The position numbers and the translations under genes were made by a program. Below, one piece after another: positions 26,701 to 40,069 of a stretch of DNA of 64,000 nucleotides. The first letter of the stretch is position 1; each line of letters opens with the position of its first letter. The notes beneath the pieces were generated by a model that saw only the letters and a program-made list of their open reading frames with translations, did not search any database and was not told where the DNA came from. The DNA comes from Octopus sinensis (lineage: Eukaryota). The stretch covers positions 109,058,001 to 109,122,000 of the forward strand of contig NC_042997.1 of the NCBI RefSeq assembly GCF_006345805.1, read 5' to 3'.

Positions 26701-27421
26701 TAAATATAAAGTAAGCTATGTAAGTGGAGTATAATCCAGAGGCTGAGAGAAAAACTTACTGGCTTTATGTCAAAATCAATAAAGATTTATTTATGAATGT
26801 GTATTTGTGAAGAAAGGATATATTTGAAAGAAGAACGCAGAAAAAAATTATATCCATCCATAAACGCATTCTTTAAATTAAATATACCAAGAAAATCAGG
26901 ACAGAAACATTTGAAAGTGCGGCGGTATTCGATTAAATTTCACTTAAAAGGAAGGATATTTCAGAACGAAATAATATAGAGCATCAAAACAAACATGTAA
27001 ATATGAATCTACTGATCGTGAGAGAGAGGGGAGGGAAAGAGAGCGTCTATAAAGGTAGAATATATTAAACAATGAAAGCTAATTTCAAGAAAAATAATAT
27101 TCCAATAAGTGAAGGATTAATGATTTATTTAAAAACTTTCATATCGATTGTGGTGAAAGAATTTCATTTTTATTGAAAGACAGCGCAAGCGAGAAGAAAG
27201 AAAAGTTTATATTAATAAATCTAACAGCTTTGCTAGCCACCGTTTAATTTCATTAACTCCTCCTGATGGCTTTCCAGCTCTCATTCATTTATGTGTTTCT
27301 ATATTTATCAAAGCTACTTTTATGAGCTTTCTTAGACAAAGTAAATTACTTCATATGTGTATGCATGTATTTGTTGGTTTGTGTGTGTGTTTGTTTTTAT
27401 GTACCTGTAAAAGAGAGAGAG

Positions 27422-27471
<50 letters not shown>

Positions 27472-28383
27472 GGGGAGAGGTAGCATGTCTGTGTGTGCGT
27501 GTCTGTTGTTAGTGTGCGTGTCCTTTACACAAACTAGGTTTATAGAGTACAGAATAAAGCCGCCATTGTTCAGGGAAATATTTGTTAAAGTATAACACTT
27601 TCATTAAAACTTAATATTTATCTTCATTAAATTGATTTCGTTGTAGAAAGCCTGGAATTCTTTCTTTTATATTAGCGCTGATACAACAGGAAATTTAATT
27701 GGCAAAAACTGGCTTCAAATTTCTTTAGAGAAGCTCAAGCAACATTATTTGATGATATAAGAAAGCTATCGATTATTCCACGCAAAGATTACTGTTTTGG
27801 AATATGTTTAGCGATCTATATATAATATATACAATTGACGAAACGGTAGTCTTTACAAAGTTAGTTAGAGCAATTGTTAATATGGGGATAAATTGGAACT
27901 GTCGCCATTGTCAATTCCACCTCGATTCTGTGGATTTCAGAAAGCTTTATTGTCATTTCGATATTGTGTTTCATTCCTTTTACTGAATGATTTTACAATT
28001 AAAAAAAGAAATACAAGGAAAATCAGTATCACACATGTAATATTACACATGTAGTATACATGTGATTATAAATATTTTGTATCACGCATTTGTATTGCAT
28101 ATGTGTAATACAACACGGCTTGAGATGTGGTGTCATAAATAAATGACTTCTTTGCTTAAGTTTCCAGAGTTCAAATCCTAGTGTTGTTATGCTTTCTTTC
28201 CTCAAATGCTTGGTCCCGCAAATATGGTCTTTAGTAGTAAAAAATTTACACCAGAGCCCGACGCTGCTTTACTATGAATGCATAACGTAAGTACAAACAT
28301 ATTCATAAACATACACAAACACACATATACGCGTATACATGCACACACACACGTATATACATGTATTATGTATATATATATAT

Positions 28384-28414
<31 letters not shown>

Positions 28415-28743
28415 ATATATATATACATACATATGCATGTGCATATATATATATATATATATATACGCACATACATACGCATATGTATGTAATTATGTAT
28501 GTATGTATGTATGTATGTATGTATGTATAGACGCGTGTGTGTGGTGGGGGCGGTGTTTGTGTGGTGTTTTATTGAAGCTAAAATGTCTTCACAAACAGTT
28601 AATCAGAGTTTCACGTAACTAATGATCGGTTACGGGAAACATAGAGTTACCGTTTGCGAAATATTTCAGCTTCAGTAAAATACTAGTTTCCTCTGTCTTT
28701 GGTATTTTATTGCTATTTTCGTCATCATACACACACACATATA

Positions 28744-28781
<38 letters not shown>

Positions 28782-28930
28782 CATGTGTATGTGTATGTAT
28801 ATTCACACATATATATTTCTATTTTTATGTATATGTCTGTGTGCGGTTGCGGGGAACTGAGATCTGCAACAATGAAACGGTGACAATATTGATAATGGCG
28901 ATGACTTGATTTGATACACACACACACACA

Positions 28931-29007
<77 letters not shown>

Positions 29008-29054
29008 GTATATATATGTATATATATGTATATATATATGTATATATGTATATA

Positions 29055-29470
29055 GGCGCAGGAGTGGCTGTGTGGTAAGTAGCTTGTTTACCAACCACAT
29101 GGTTCCGGGTTCAGTCACACTGCGTGGCATCTTGGGCAAGTGTCTTCTACTATAGCCTCGGGCCGACCAATGCCTTGTGAGTGGATTTGGTAGACGGAAA
29201 CTGAAAGAAGCCCGTTGTATATATGTATATATATATATATGCGTGTGTGTGTTTGTGTGTCTATGTTTGTCCCCCTAGTATTGCTTGACAACCGATGGGG
29301 GTGTGTTTATGTCCCCGTTACATAGCGGTTCGGCAAAAGAGACCGACAGAATAAGTACTGGGCTTACAAAAGAATAAGTCCCGGGGTTGAATTGCTCGAT
29401 TAAAGGCGGTGCTCCAGCATGGCCGCAGTCAAAATGACTGAAACAAGTAAAAGAGTAAAAAGAGAGTATA
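29055..29470 (+). mobile_element. tRNA-derived SINE, family B, full length
   Basis: Head AGGCGCAGGAGTGGCTGTGTGGTAAGTAGC, an internal (TA)(GT) tract, and tail GGCGGTGCTCCAGCATGGCCGCAGTCAAAATGACTGAAACAAG followed by (TAAAAGAG)n. Confidence 0.9.
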
Positions 29471-29478
29471 TATCACAA

Positions 29479-29765
29479 TGATCACCGTGACCGACCAGGC
29501 TATCAGATGTTGCTACACATCGCTGGTCACAATACGGTTCGCATTGTTTTAGCCTTCAAAGGACGCCACCCTACTGGCTAAGCGAGCAGGCCAACAGAAG
29601 AAAGAGTAAGAGAAAGTTGTGGCGAAAGAGTACGGCAGGGATCGCCATCATCCCTGCCGGAGCCTCGTGGAGCTTTAGGTGTTTTCGCTCAATAAACACA
29701 CACAACGCCCGGTCTGGGAATCGAAACCGCGAGTCCGCTGCCCTAACCAGTGGACCATTGCGCCT

Positions 29766-29767
<2 letters not shown>
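29479..29767 (-). mobile_element. tRNA-derived SINE, family A (tail type 3), tail-to-tail with the family B copy
   Basis: Head GGAGGCGCAATGGTCCACTGGTTAGGGCAGCGGACTC; tail ends GCCTGGTCGGTCACGGTGATC. Confidence 0.88.
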
Positions 29768-29835
<68 letters not shown>

Positions 29836-29841
29836 CATATA

Positions 29842-29915
<74 letters not shown>

Positions 29916-29963
29916 CGCCATAGAGATAGATAGATATAGATATAGATATATATATATACATAT

Positions 29964-30020
<57 letters not shown>

Positions 30021-30390
30021 TATCACTAGCTCACAATGTGTGATCTTGTATTTACGTAAAGAACCATTGTTAGACACCTGGTGTCATAATTCATAGAACA
30101 TCGTTCAACAGTGTCTTCCATAAGGTTAAGTTTATGAACGAAGTAGTAACACTGTACGATATCATTCTAATTATAAAGCGTTATTCATAGCAGCTTAACA
30201 GAATTAGAGTGACAATGACTTACTGTAATAAACTCCCTTGCTGTCTCTGCATGAGAAACGCTTCTATAGAACACTTGTACTTTCTAATATCTGTAGATAA
30301 CATGAGATACTCAGAATATGCAATAATCAGACTTGTATTTAATCTGTTATGATATTATTGGAATTATTGCTCATACTTCCGCAATATATA

Positions 30391-30606
30391 CGAGGAGTGT
30401 GGAAAAGTTCCTGTTATTGTGTAAAAGAAAATACAGGAGAATCAGTTAATTATGATTTTATTCAACATGCTCTCCTCCCAGATTCATACAATCATTGCAG
30501 CTAATCTTCAGTTTTTTCTAAGGCCTGTACAAGGACTCAGAATGTTGGGTCTCCAACCAAGCCTTTCACGATATATTTTAAGCCTGGAACTTTTCAGCAT
30601 CCCTCG
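30391..30606. mobile_element. mariner-derived MITE (216 bp)
   Basis: (TA)CGAGGAGTGTGGAAAAGTTCC versus the reverse complement of the right end, (TA)CGAGGGATGCTGAAAAGTTCC; TA at both ends. Confidence 0.8.
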
Positions 30607-30639
30607 TATATATATAAATAACCATGGGATTACAGCTAG

Positions 30640-30780
30640 AAAGTTCCTCTCCGAAGTACAAGTCCAGGCAAGTTTGTTTTGTGGAAGGCTAGCTGTCGCC
30701 CATGCAGACCAGTGTCCCCCTCACTACGCCACCGATGTTGTCCTAGGGGAGAGCAGAGCCTGGCACCAGTGACGACGCTG
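30640..30780 (-). mobile_element. fragment of a further SINE family
   Basis: TCCAGGCAAG..GTCGCCCATGC..ACGCCACCGATGTT..TGGCACCAGTGACG, recalled as a cephalopod SINE body. Tentative. Confidence 0.45.
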
Positions 30781-30789
30781 CCCTCATTT

Positions 30790-31380
30790 GCGAGGTGGAT
30801 TCATTCAGATCTCTTGACAGGAGGAGATCCATTTGTGTTTTGAAGACACATCCACCCAATGTGAGTCCCTCATTCCTTTTAGGAAGGTACTGAAAAGCAG
30901 TGGGCCTTGAAATCCAAGTCGTTGCACAATTTGCTCTTGTATCTTGATAACGATGTTAGGATCTTTCGTGCTATGCAGTGACGCCCAGTTCTGCTTCATG
31001 TGTAGCTTTCAATGCCAAAGTTTGGTACAAATCTTTTCAGGATTTCCCAGATGTGTATCACTGCATACCTTCTTTCTAGGGAGTAAAGACGCAACTTTTT
31101 AGGGCTTTCCCAATAGCTAACCTGTCGCACAGAGACGATCTTCCTTGTGTAGCTTCGTTAGATTGCTTCCAGTTCCGTTATGTTTACTCTGCGTGATGAC
31201 TATAGTTAGGAGCAGTATTCTAAGCGGATAAGAACAAACTAAAGCGACTAAGAACATAATGGTTCTCAAGAGAACCATTATGATTTCTCGTTCTTTCGTT
31301 CTGAGTGTTCTAAGGATCCATCGGGCCTGATGCCTATATTTTATTGCCAACTTAGTAATATGCAACTCTGAAAAAATACA
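30790..31380 (-). mobile_element. old CR1-group LINE 3' fragment, related to the 35135-36625 element
   Basis: HITKLAIKYRHQARWILRTLRTKERE and RLGFQGPLLF parallel HITRMATKCRRLAGWILRTFRTRDKE and SLGFKGPQLF. Confidence 0.75.
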
Positions 31381-31631
31381 TCATTACTCATGTTAATACC
31401 CAGGTCGCATACTAATTTTGATTCAGGGATTACAATTCATCCTGGATCAGTCTATACCCATCAGCAGTTATACATTCTTGATACGCGTTTTCAAATTTAC
31501 GTATATACGCCAGCGATTATATTTCTGGCGTATACACCACACGTTTCTAATACATACGTAGATTTTCGATATACATCATTGGTTATACATTCGTCGTACA
31601 TGCATCCGCACATATCCACAATATACGTCGT

Positions 31632-31720
<89 letters not shown>

Positions 31721-31757
31721 TGGAAGGTTTGGAGATGATGTACAGGTATTATATATT

Positions 31758-31881
31758 AGAAGAAATAGGTAATCAGAAGATCGGATAGCTTATATTTACA
31801 GATGTTTATTTATATATGTAATATATAAATAAATATCTGTAAATATAAACCATCCGATCTTCTGATTACCTCATTTCTTCT
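31758..31881. repeat. 124-bp near-perfect palindrome centred on a TA-rich core
   Basis: Left arm AGAAGAAATAGGTAATCAGAAGATCGGATAGCTTATATTTACAGATGTTTATTTATATA pairs with the right arm with about 3 substitutions and 1 indel. Confidence 0.9.
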
Positions 31882-31895
31882 CAAATATATATATA

Positions 31896-33191
31896 CGAGG
31901 GGCGTTCAATAAGTAATGCATCTGACCCACTTCCCATAGCAGTAGAGCAACGAAACTTGGCACATTTATTAGTCTTTTTCTACATAGGAACCACCCAGAG
32001 TTACGCATTTCTCCCATCGGTTGATGTAGCTCTGGAGACCGTTTTTTGTAGAAGACCCCCAGCTTGGTCCTCCAACCACGACATGACTTCAGAAATCAAG
32101 GCTGCATCATCTGGGAAAAGGTTTCTTTTCAAAAACAACTTCATGGCTGGGAAGAGGTGAAAATCAGAGGGTGCAAGGTCAGGAGAGTAGGGGGGATGGG
32201 GGAGGAGTTCATAGCCGCACGCCTGTGCTTCTGATCTGGCGACACGCGAGTTGTGGACCGGAGCGTTGTCCTGCAGGAGGAGGATGCTTTTGCTGATCTT
32301 GCCCCGCCTCTTGATTTTGATAGCTTCTCTTAATTTCCTCAAAAGTGAAGCATAATAGGCTCCTGCAATTGTGGTACCCTTTGCCAGGAAATCTGTCATC
32401 ACTACTCCGTCCTGGTCCCAGAAGACTGTGAGCATGAACCTTGCCAGCGGAGAGCTGCACCCTTGCCTTTGTTGGAGGAGGTGAGTCACGGTGCTTCCAC
32501 TGCATTGACTGAGTTTTGGTCTCTGGATCATAGTGATGGACCCAGGTTTTGTCCTGTGTAATCAGTCTTTTGAAAAATTTTGACTCATCTTCTTGGCACA
32601 TCTCTAAATTCATCCTCGAGCACTCAACGCGTTCTTGCTTCTGGAAAGTTGTGAGTAACCTGGGAATCCATCTGGCTGACACCTTTTGCATATGCAAATG
32701 GTCATGAATGATAGTTTCCACAGACCCGGTACTAATCTTGACCTCATGGGCTATTTGGCAAATAATTATGCGTCGATCTTCCAAAATGGCAGCCTCAACT
32801 AGACGGACAGATGCCTCATCAATGGCAGAAGGGGGGCGACCAGATCTGCGAGCTGTTTCCACAGAATTCCGACCATGTTTGAATTCACGATGCCAGCGTT
32901 TTACAAGGTCATATGATGGGACATCATCACCATAAGTTACTTTCATTTCATGAAAAGTCTCCCGTGGTGTGCATCCTTTCAAATACAAAAACCGGATCAC
33001 TGCTCGATACTCAACAGGCTCCATTTCACACTTGACTCAGTTCAAACACCTGTAAATCAGAAACTACAATTAGTTCAGAGTTGTAATTTGCCACTTAATC
33101 TATAGAAATATAAATAATTGCACATGCAAAATTTCAGCTAGATCAAACAATTGCAAGTGGGTCAGAGGCATTACTTATTGAACGCCCCTCG
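31896..33191 (-). mobile_element. full-length mariner (DD34D), 1296 bp
   Basis: 37-bp TIRs CGAGGGGCGTTCAATAAGTAATGC(A/C)TCTGACCCACTT with 1 mismatch; TA at both ends. Confidence 0.95.
31969..33024 (-). pseudogene. mariner transposase, ~350 codons, with about two frameshifts
   Basis: HTH region, SARWIPRLLT, ITQDKTW, LLQDNAPVH and YSPDLAPSD, with 34 residues between D2 and D3. Frame changes near 32440 and 32055. Confidence 0.92.
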
Positions 33192-33221
33192 TATATAGTA
33201 GAGATATGTTACAAAAAGAAA

Positions 33222-33224
<3 letters not shown>

Positions 33225-33315
<91 letters not shown>
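33225..33315. repeat. pure (TA)n tract of about 90 bp
   Basis: Read directly. Confidence 0.95.
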
Positions 33316-33316
<1 letters not shown>

Positions 33317-33975
33317 CGTTTTATTCTTTCTTACCTCTTTCAATCAGTAGACTGCGGTCAGGCTGGGGCACCCGCCTTGAAAGCTTTACTCGAATGTACA
33401 CAAATATATAGCTCAATTTATGTACACAAATATAAAACATAAGTTACACCGAACCAACAGCACCATATGTAAATGGTCTCTCAGCCAATTAGGAAGACAT
33501 AGCAGCCAAACCTTCGCCATCTCATATACTATCGTCCTAAGAAAAAGAAGGGCATATTGTATATGATTACCCATGATATAAACAGACGAGATGACCTAGA
33601 CTCGAATATCTTAACATTTTCAGCTTGCTCTATCATGGCTGTGCTGAAGCTAAACAAACAGCGACAATTTATGTAAACCGATATTTAAACGTACATAAAT
33701 ATATTGTAATTAGTATGTTTTTATACACCCATTGCAGGTTCCAGTTGTGTTGAATATTATTCTAAGTAGCTCGTAATATATTTTATTGATTATAAAATCC
33801 TTAGACATTCGTACAGAGTTTCCAATCTTTTTTACACTCCCTTCTCCAGGGAATGTTTATATATTTGCCATACGCCGTAAAAATGGGCCCATTTAATGGC
33901 AACTTTGAAATTAATATATATTTTATTGAAGAGACATTATAAAAAGAAAGCATACAAAAATATACGTCTGCGCGT

Positions 33976-34008
<33 letters not shown>

Positions 34009-34068
34009 AGCACAAGCATTTGCTTTCACACACATGTATGTATGTAGGTACGTATAAACATATATGTG

Positions 34069-34107
<39 letters not shown>

Positions 34108-35134
34108 ACGTGTGTGCGTGCGTGCGTGTGTGTATGTATATATAAGTGTATATACAGAGTTTGACATATTATTACCGTGTGTTTATGTAATTATAATGAG
34201 ATTTTTAACTATCGTGTTTTAGCCACATTCTTGGGAATTTCCCGAAGCAAATAGTTTAGCAGCTATTCGTGTATGTGTGTGTGTGTTTGCTTGTGTGTAT
34301 AGATATAGTTATATGTTTGTATACAGTGTACACACAACATACAATGTCATATAAGCAGACACCAACCAGTTCATACGGATACACGTACAAATGTATTCAA
34401 ACGCACACATATACACAAACGCGCACACATACACAAACGCGCACGCACACACACACACACACACGTATACATATATTATACGTACGACATGGACAACGCA
34501 TAGAAAGTCAGGTACAATTTCACTGAGATAAATCTATATTAGTGTAGACACATGCCTTACAGTTAGTCTAAAATGTCTCTGGTAAAATCCTGAGACATAT
34601 CCTTGGAGAATAAAAATGTGTCATTTAAATTCGGTGTAAATGTCAGAGCATCGGAACAAATATAAAAAAAATAAGAGAAAAACAATGTATGCATATACAG
34701 CTACGTATGTATGTATGTATGTATGTACGTATGTATGTGTGTGTGAGTATGTATGTATGTATGTATGTATGCATGTGTGTATGTATGTATGTGTATGTAT
34801 GTGTATGTATGTGTATATATGTATATATGTATGTGTGTGTGTGTGCATGCATGTATGTATATATGCATGTCATTGTTCAGTTTTATTTCAAGATTTATTG
34901 CCAATAGAGAAAGAACCGGTTTCTAACCTAGATCCGAGGCTTCTTTATTGGAATTTCAACATCAACAACAGGGTATTTTTGTTTGTATGTATGTATGTAT
35001 GTATGTATGTATGTATGTATGTATGTATGTATGTATGTATGCATGCATGTATGTATGTTTGTATGTATGTATGTATGTATGTATGTATGTATGTATGTAT
35101 TATGTGTGTGTGCAGATTGTGTATTAATTTTTTC

Positions 35135-36625
35135 TTGTTTCAGCTCAGAGCTGCGGCCATGCTGATGCACCGCCGTTTTGTGCTACACTGTTGTTACGAA
35201 GAACCTCCTCTAATATGTGGCACTTGGTGAAGAATGGAGTTTGATATAGCTGCTCTCATTTGCACCTCTTGCCGTGAGGTAGGTTCATCTGGGACTCTTG
35301 ACAGGAAGATGTCCAGCTTTGATTTAAAAACCGCTACATCTACTTTGTGCAACTTCCTCAGACTCTTTGGGAGAATAATAAAAAGCTGTGGGCCCTTGAA
35401 ACCCAGGCTGTTGCAGAAGCTTGTCCTGAAGCGTGATGGCATTGCTGGGATCTTTGGCACTATGCAGTGTCGTCTCGTTTTAGCATTGGTGTACCTTACA
35501 CTGCCAAACTTTGGCACAATTCCTTCCAGGATCTTCCAGACATATTACTGCATACCTCTCCCGTCTTCTCTCCAGGGAGTAGAGTCTTAGCTGTTTCAAC
35601 TCAGTAGCTGAGCAGTTGCAAAGAGACGATCTTCTTTGTGTATCTTCTCTGGATTGCTTCAACGTCCGCTGTTAATTTCACACTGGTGGATGACCATAGC
35701 TGTGAGCAGTAATCCAGGCGGCTGAGGACGAATGTCCGCCAGAGGACCATCATGGTTTCCTTATCTCTGGTTCTGAATGTTCTTAGGATCCATCCAGCCA
35801 GTCGTCTGCACTTTGTCGCCATCCTGGTAATGTGCAGTTGGAAAGATGTATCCTCACTCATGTCGATACCCAGGTCCCTCACAGACTTAGGCTCTGGGAT
35901 TGAAATTCCCTGTGGACCGGTGTATCCTGTAAGTTTAATATTCAGTTTTGGATGCTGGTAGCGCAGGGCCTGGAATTTTTCAGCATTAAACTGCATATTA
36001 TTATCCTCAGCCCATCTGTAGATTGAGTCCAACTCCTGCTGCAGATGTGCAACATCACTGGGGTTCTGTATTTTCTGCGAGACTTTTGTATCGTCTGCGT
36101 AGCTTGCCAGAGTGGCTATCCGGGCATTTGAGGGCATATCTGAGAGAGCCACTATAAAAAGCAGTGGTCCCAAGACAGTGCCCTGTGGAACACCACTCAC
36201 TATTTATGTGTTCATAGAGGTGGCTCCATTAACCACTACTGCCTGACTCCTATATTTCATGAAGTCATGTAACCACACTCCAAGTTTTCCAGCTATGTCG
36301 AGGTCACGCAGTTTGTGGCATATCATACCATGATCCACCTTGTCAAAAGCTTTTGCAAAATCATCGTATATTACGTCCACATTTGATTTGTTGAGTAACT
36401 GCCTCAACACCCAGTCATAATGTTGTAAGAGCTGGGTCAGGCAGCTCCTACCTGGTCGAAAACCATGCTGGATATCACTCAGCAAGTTATTTTCCTCAAG
36501 GAATGCGATTAGTTTCTTTCTGACTATCCGTTCCATGACTTTGCTGATGTGTGAAGTCAGAGAGATAGGCCTATAGTTTTTGGCATCTGCTCTACTTCCC
36601 CCTTTATGTATTGGGCATATTATGT
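35135..36625 (-). mobile_element. CR1/L2-group (Jockey-superfamily) LINE, 5'-truncated, RT through 3' UTR
   Basis: NYRPISLTS, QHGFRPGRSC, DFAKAFDKV, GVPQGTVLGPLLF, YADD, RDLG and LYSLERRRER. One in-frame stop near 36204 plus frameshifts. 3' tail GGCGGTGCATCAGCATGGCCGCAGCTCTGAGCTGAAAC. Confidence 0.92.
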
Positions 36626-36846
36626 TGTTTAGTTTTATGTATATATTCTCATGCATATAGTTGCATATCTAGACACGCTCATATATATTTAAATGATAAA
36701 CTTCTGGAAAGTTTTACAGATTTTTACAGTTCCAGTGATGGATTGGATCTGTTGTTCTCGAATTAGCTTTCTCCTTTCTGGTTTTGAGAAGCTTAATTTC
36801 TCAAGATTGGTATTTAGGCAGAGTTGTATGTATGTATGTGTGTGTG

Positions 36847-36894
<48 letters not shown>

Positions 36895-37599
36895 GTGTGT
36901 GTGTGTGTGTGTGGTGTGTGTGTGTATTTATAATATATATCTTAAACAAGAATATTATTGAGAGTGACTTTGAAATTTCAGCCAGTTAATCCATCGTCGA
37001 TGAATTTAAGTTACTAATCGCTTTATAAAGTCTATTTGGGTGTGTCTGCGTGAGTGGAGTGATAAATAGGGTTTAGCGTGGACTCCTATGGAAAGGTGTA
37101 TGGAAGAAATTTTTATTGATTACATTTGGCGTTGATTTATTGTTTAGAATGTATATTGAAGTTAATCTTTTGCTTTGACAGTGTAAAGATCAAAAGTACA
37201 AAGTTAAGTATTCAAAACCTAAATAACTGGGTGTGTCAAGTTTTTTGATGGAATTTTTTAGGGGTTCACAAAGAATGTAATTTAGGTGTATGTTTTAGCA
37301 GGTCAGTCTCTTTGCTTGTTGGTATTTAGGCTATTTTTTTTTTGTCTTTCTTTGCAAGATGGTGGTTATTAGTCAGGTATTTCATGGTGTTGTTAGTAAA
37401 GAAACGTGTCTGTTTTGTGTCTTGATGTTCACAAAAGGATTTGGTTTGATGTAGGGGTTGTTAGTCGGTATGATTCTCTGTGGGCATTCAGTGTTCTATA
37501 ACAAATTTGATTAGTATATGCAGAAGCGGGGCACTATAAAATGGGTGTATATTCTACCATGAAAATGGGATTAAAAATAAAATTTAATCCTTACCTGTG

Positions 37600-37602
37600 C
37601 TT

Positions 37603-37671
<69 letters not shown>

Positions 37672-37850
37672 TGTGTGTGTCACCATTTCTGTTTAACAAC
37701 TGGAGTTGGTTTGTTGATGTCCCAATGACATAGCTATTCGGTGAAAAAATAGACATAATAAGTACCAGACTTTAGCACTGAGATTCATGTATTTGAATAA
37801 AACCGTTCAAGACAGTGTCCCCCACACAAGCACGCGTACGTACACGTACA

Positions 37851-37902
<52 letters not shown>

Positions 37903-38330
37903 CACACACACACACACATACACACACACAAACACATTCAAAACCATGTATTAAAACTTGTAGGGGAAAATATATTAGAGAAGCGAAATAATCACACAAG
38001 TTAAATATATTTTATGGATATAAATATAAATAGAATTATTAGTTTCATGTGTGTGTATGTGTGTATGAGAATTTGCGTATGTATTTCTGTGTATGAGTGT
38101 GTGTGTGTGTGTGTGTGTGTGAACGTCTTTCTGTGTATGTGTGTATGTGTGCGTGTCTCTGTTTGTGTATGTGCGTGTGTGTGTATGCGTGTGTGAACAT
38201 GTGTCTGTGCATGTGTGTATATGAGTGTGTGTGTGTGTATGAGTGTGTGTGTGTGAATGTCTGTATGGGTATGTGTGTGTGTGCATGTGTGTGCGTGTAT
38301 GTGTGTATGTGTGTATTAATGCTTCTTTTT
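37600..38330. repeat. (GT)n/(CA)n microsatellite cluster
   Basis: Read directly. Confidence 0.9.
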
Positions 38331-38654
38331 ATGTTCAGTTATAATAAAAAAAAACTGTTACCTTAATCTGACGGGTTACTTTATACTTTTTCCAGAGTAC
38401 AAAACCCCTCTGCATAACAATTTCACCCCCGGATCTAATTATCCCTCCACTCAAATACACACACACACACACACACACACACAAGGAAGATTTTACTCAG
38501 TAGAGACTATATTAACCAACTTTAACTTTAATGCATCGCAGTTCGACTATGGTTTAACTCACCGAATCTTCGACGTCACTTTCAACAACATTCTTGTTTA
38601 AAAAGAATAAATGAACACACACAGACTAACACTCACGCATGTTTATGTTTATGT

Positions 38655-38703
38655 TTTCCAGTTTCAGCTCTTGAGCTGTGGCCATGCTGGGGCACCGCCA
38701 TTA
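38655..38703 (-). mobile_element. ~50-bp 3' tail of the CR1-group LINE
   Basis: AATGGCGGTGCCCCAGCATGGCCACAGCTCAAGAGCTGAAAC matches the tail at 35135-35180. Confidence 0.7.
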
Positions 38704-38744
38704 CTGACGCAGCTAGACTATTTCTTATATTACATGTATGTATT

Positions 38745-39138
38745 TCTTTCTTTCTTTTACTTGGTTCAGTCATTTGACTGCGGCCATGCTGGAGCACCGC
38801 CTTTAGGCGAGCAACTCGACCCCGGGACTTATTCTTTGTAAGCCCAGTACTTATTCTATCGGTCTCCTTTGCCGAATCGCTAAGTGACGAGGACATAAAC
38901 ACACCAGCATCGGTTGTCAAGCATTGCTAGGGGGACAAACACAGACACACACACATATATATATATACATATATACGACGGGCTTCTTTCAGTTTCCGTC
39001 TACCAAATCCACTCACAAGGCTTTGGTCGGCCCGAGGCTATAGAAGAAGACACTTGCCCAAGGTGCCACGCAGTAGGATTGAACCTGGAACCAGGTGGTT
39101 GGTAAGCAAGCTACTTTCCACACAGCCACTCCTGCGCC
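38745..39138 (-). mobile_element. SINE family B, full length
   Basis: Collinear with 29055-29470. Confidence 0.9.
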
Positions 39139-39180
39139 TATGTATGTATGTATGTATGTATGTATGTATATACATATACA

Positions 39181-39211
<31 letters not shown>

Positions 39212-40024
39212 TGCGTGTTAGTATGTTTATATTAACATAGAAAGCTATATTTGTAATTTTGCATTCATCAGTCCACAAATCGGTCATCCGGTGAACGACG
39301 CTCTCGTTGTAGATTCATTGAACCATTCACCCAGTGACGTTCTTCCTCTCTGTCCCTCCCTCATTGTTCAATCAACCGTGCAGTCATTGTAGCAGTCCCT
39401 CCGCCGCCTTACTTCACAGTTCGGTTCGAGATCCAAATCCAAGGGAAAACCTTTCCCCACCACATTTCAAAACCCTTATCTAAAGCGACAGTTGGCTGTC
39501 CCTTGGAAACTCGCCTTCCACTTGTTGTCTTTTCTTATAATCATTTCCTATTCGCATTCTTTATGCTCATCCCCCACATTGGCACGAGGGAGGGTGCGGA
39601 GGGTGGTGGGGTGGCGAGTGCCAGTTGTAGTCAAGTGATTCGCCCCTCACAACTGCGCTGCTATTTAATCGTTGTTGTTGCTGCTGTTCTTGTTGTTATT
39701 ACCGTTTTGTTGTTGTTGTTGATGCTGTTGTTTAGCTCCAGATCAAACCAGATCTTTTATCTTCTTGTAAATTTCGGTCATTGGACTGCCTCGAGGTGTG
39801 TGTGTGGGGGGCGTCTACGCGAACGAATCGAACCCGGTGCCCATGTGTCTTTAAGTCTGCTATTTATTCTATCTTTCTCTCCTGTCGAACCGCTACATTA
39901 CTAGAACGTAGACCAATAGAATACCGGTTGTCAGAGGTGTTTGCCTGTGACACACACACGCGCGCGCGCACACGCATACACAAACACACACATACACACA
40001 TACACGCACATATACACACATACT

Positions 40025-40066
<42 letters not shown>

Positions 40067-40069
40067 TAT

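Noticed and set aside
29055-29130. tRNA-like heads here and at 13070-13144, 23895-23975, 24180-24240 and 49640-49710
   Set aside because: They lack complete cloverleaves and continue into SINE bodies or decay, so they are not tRNA genes.
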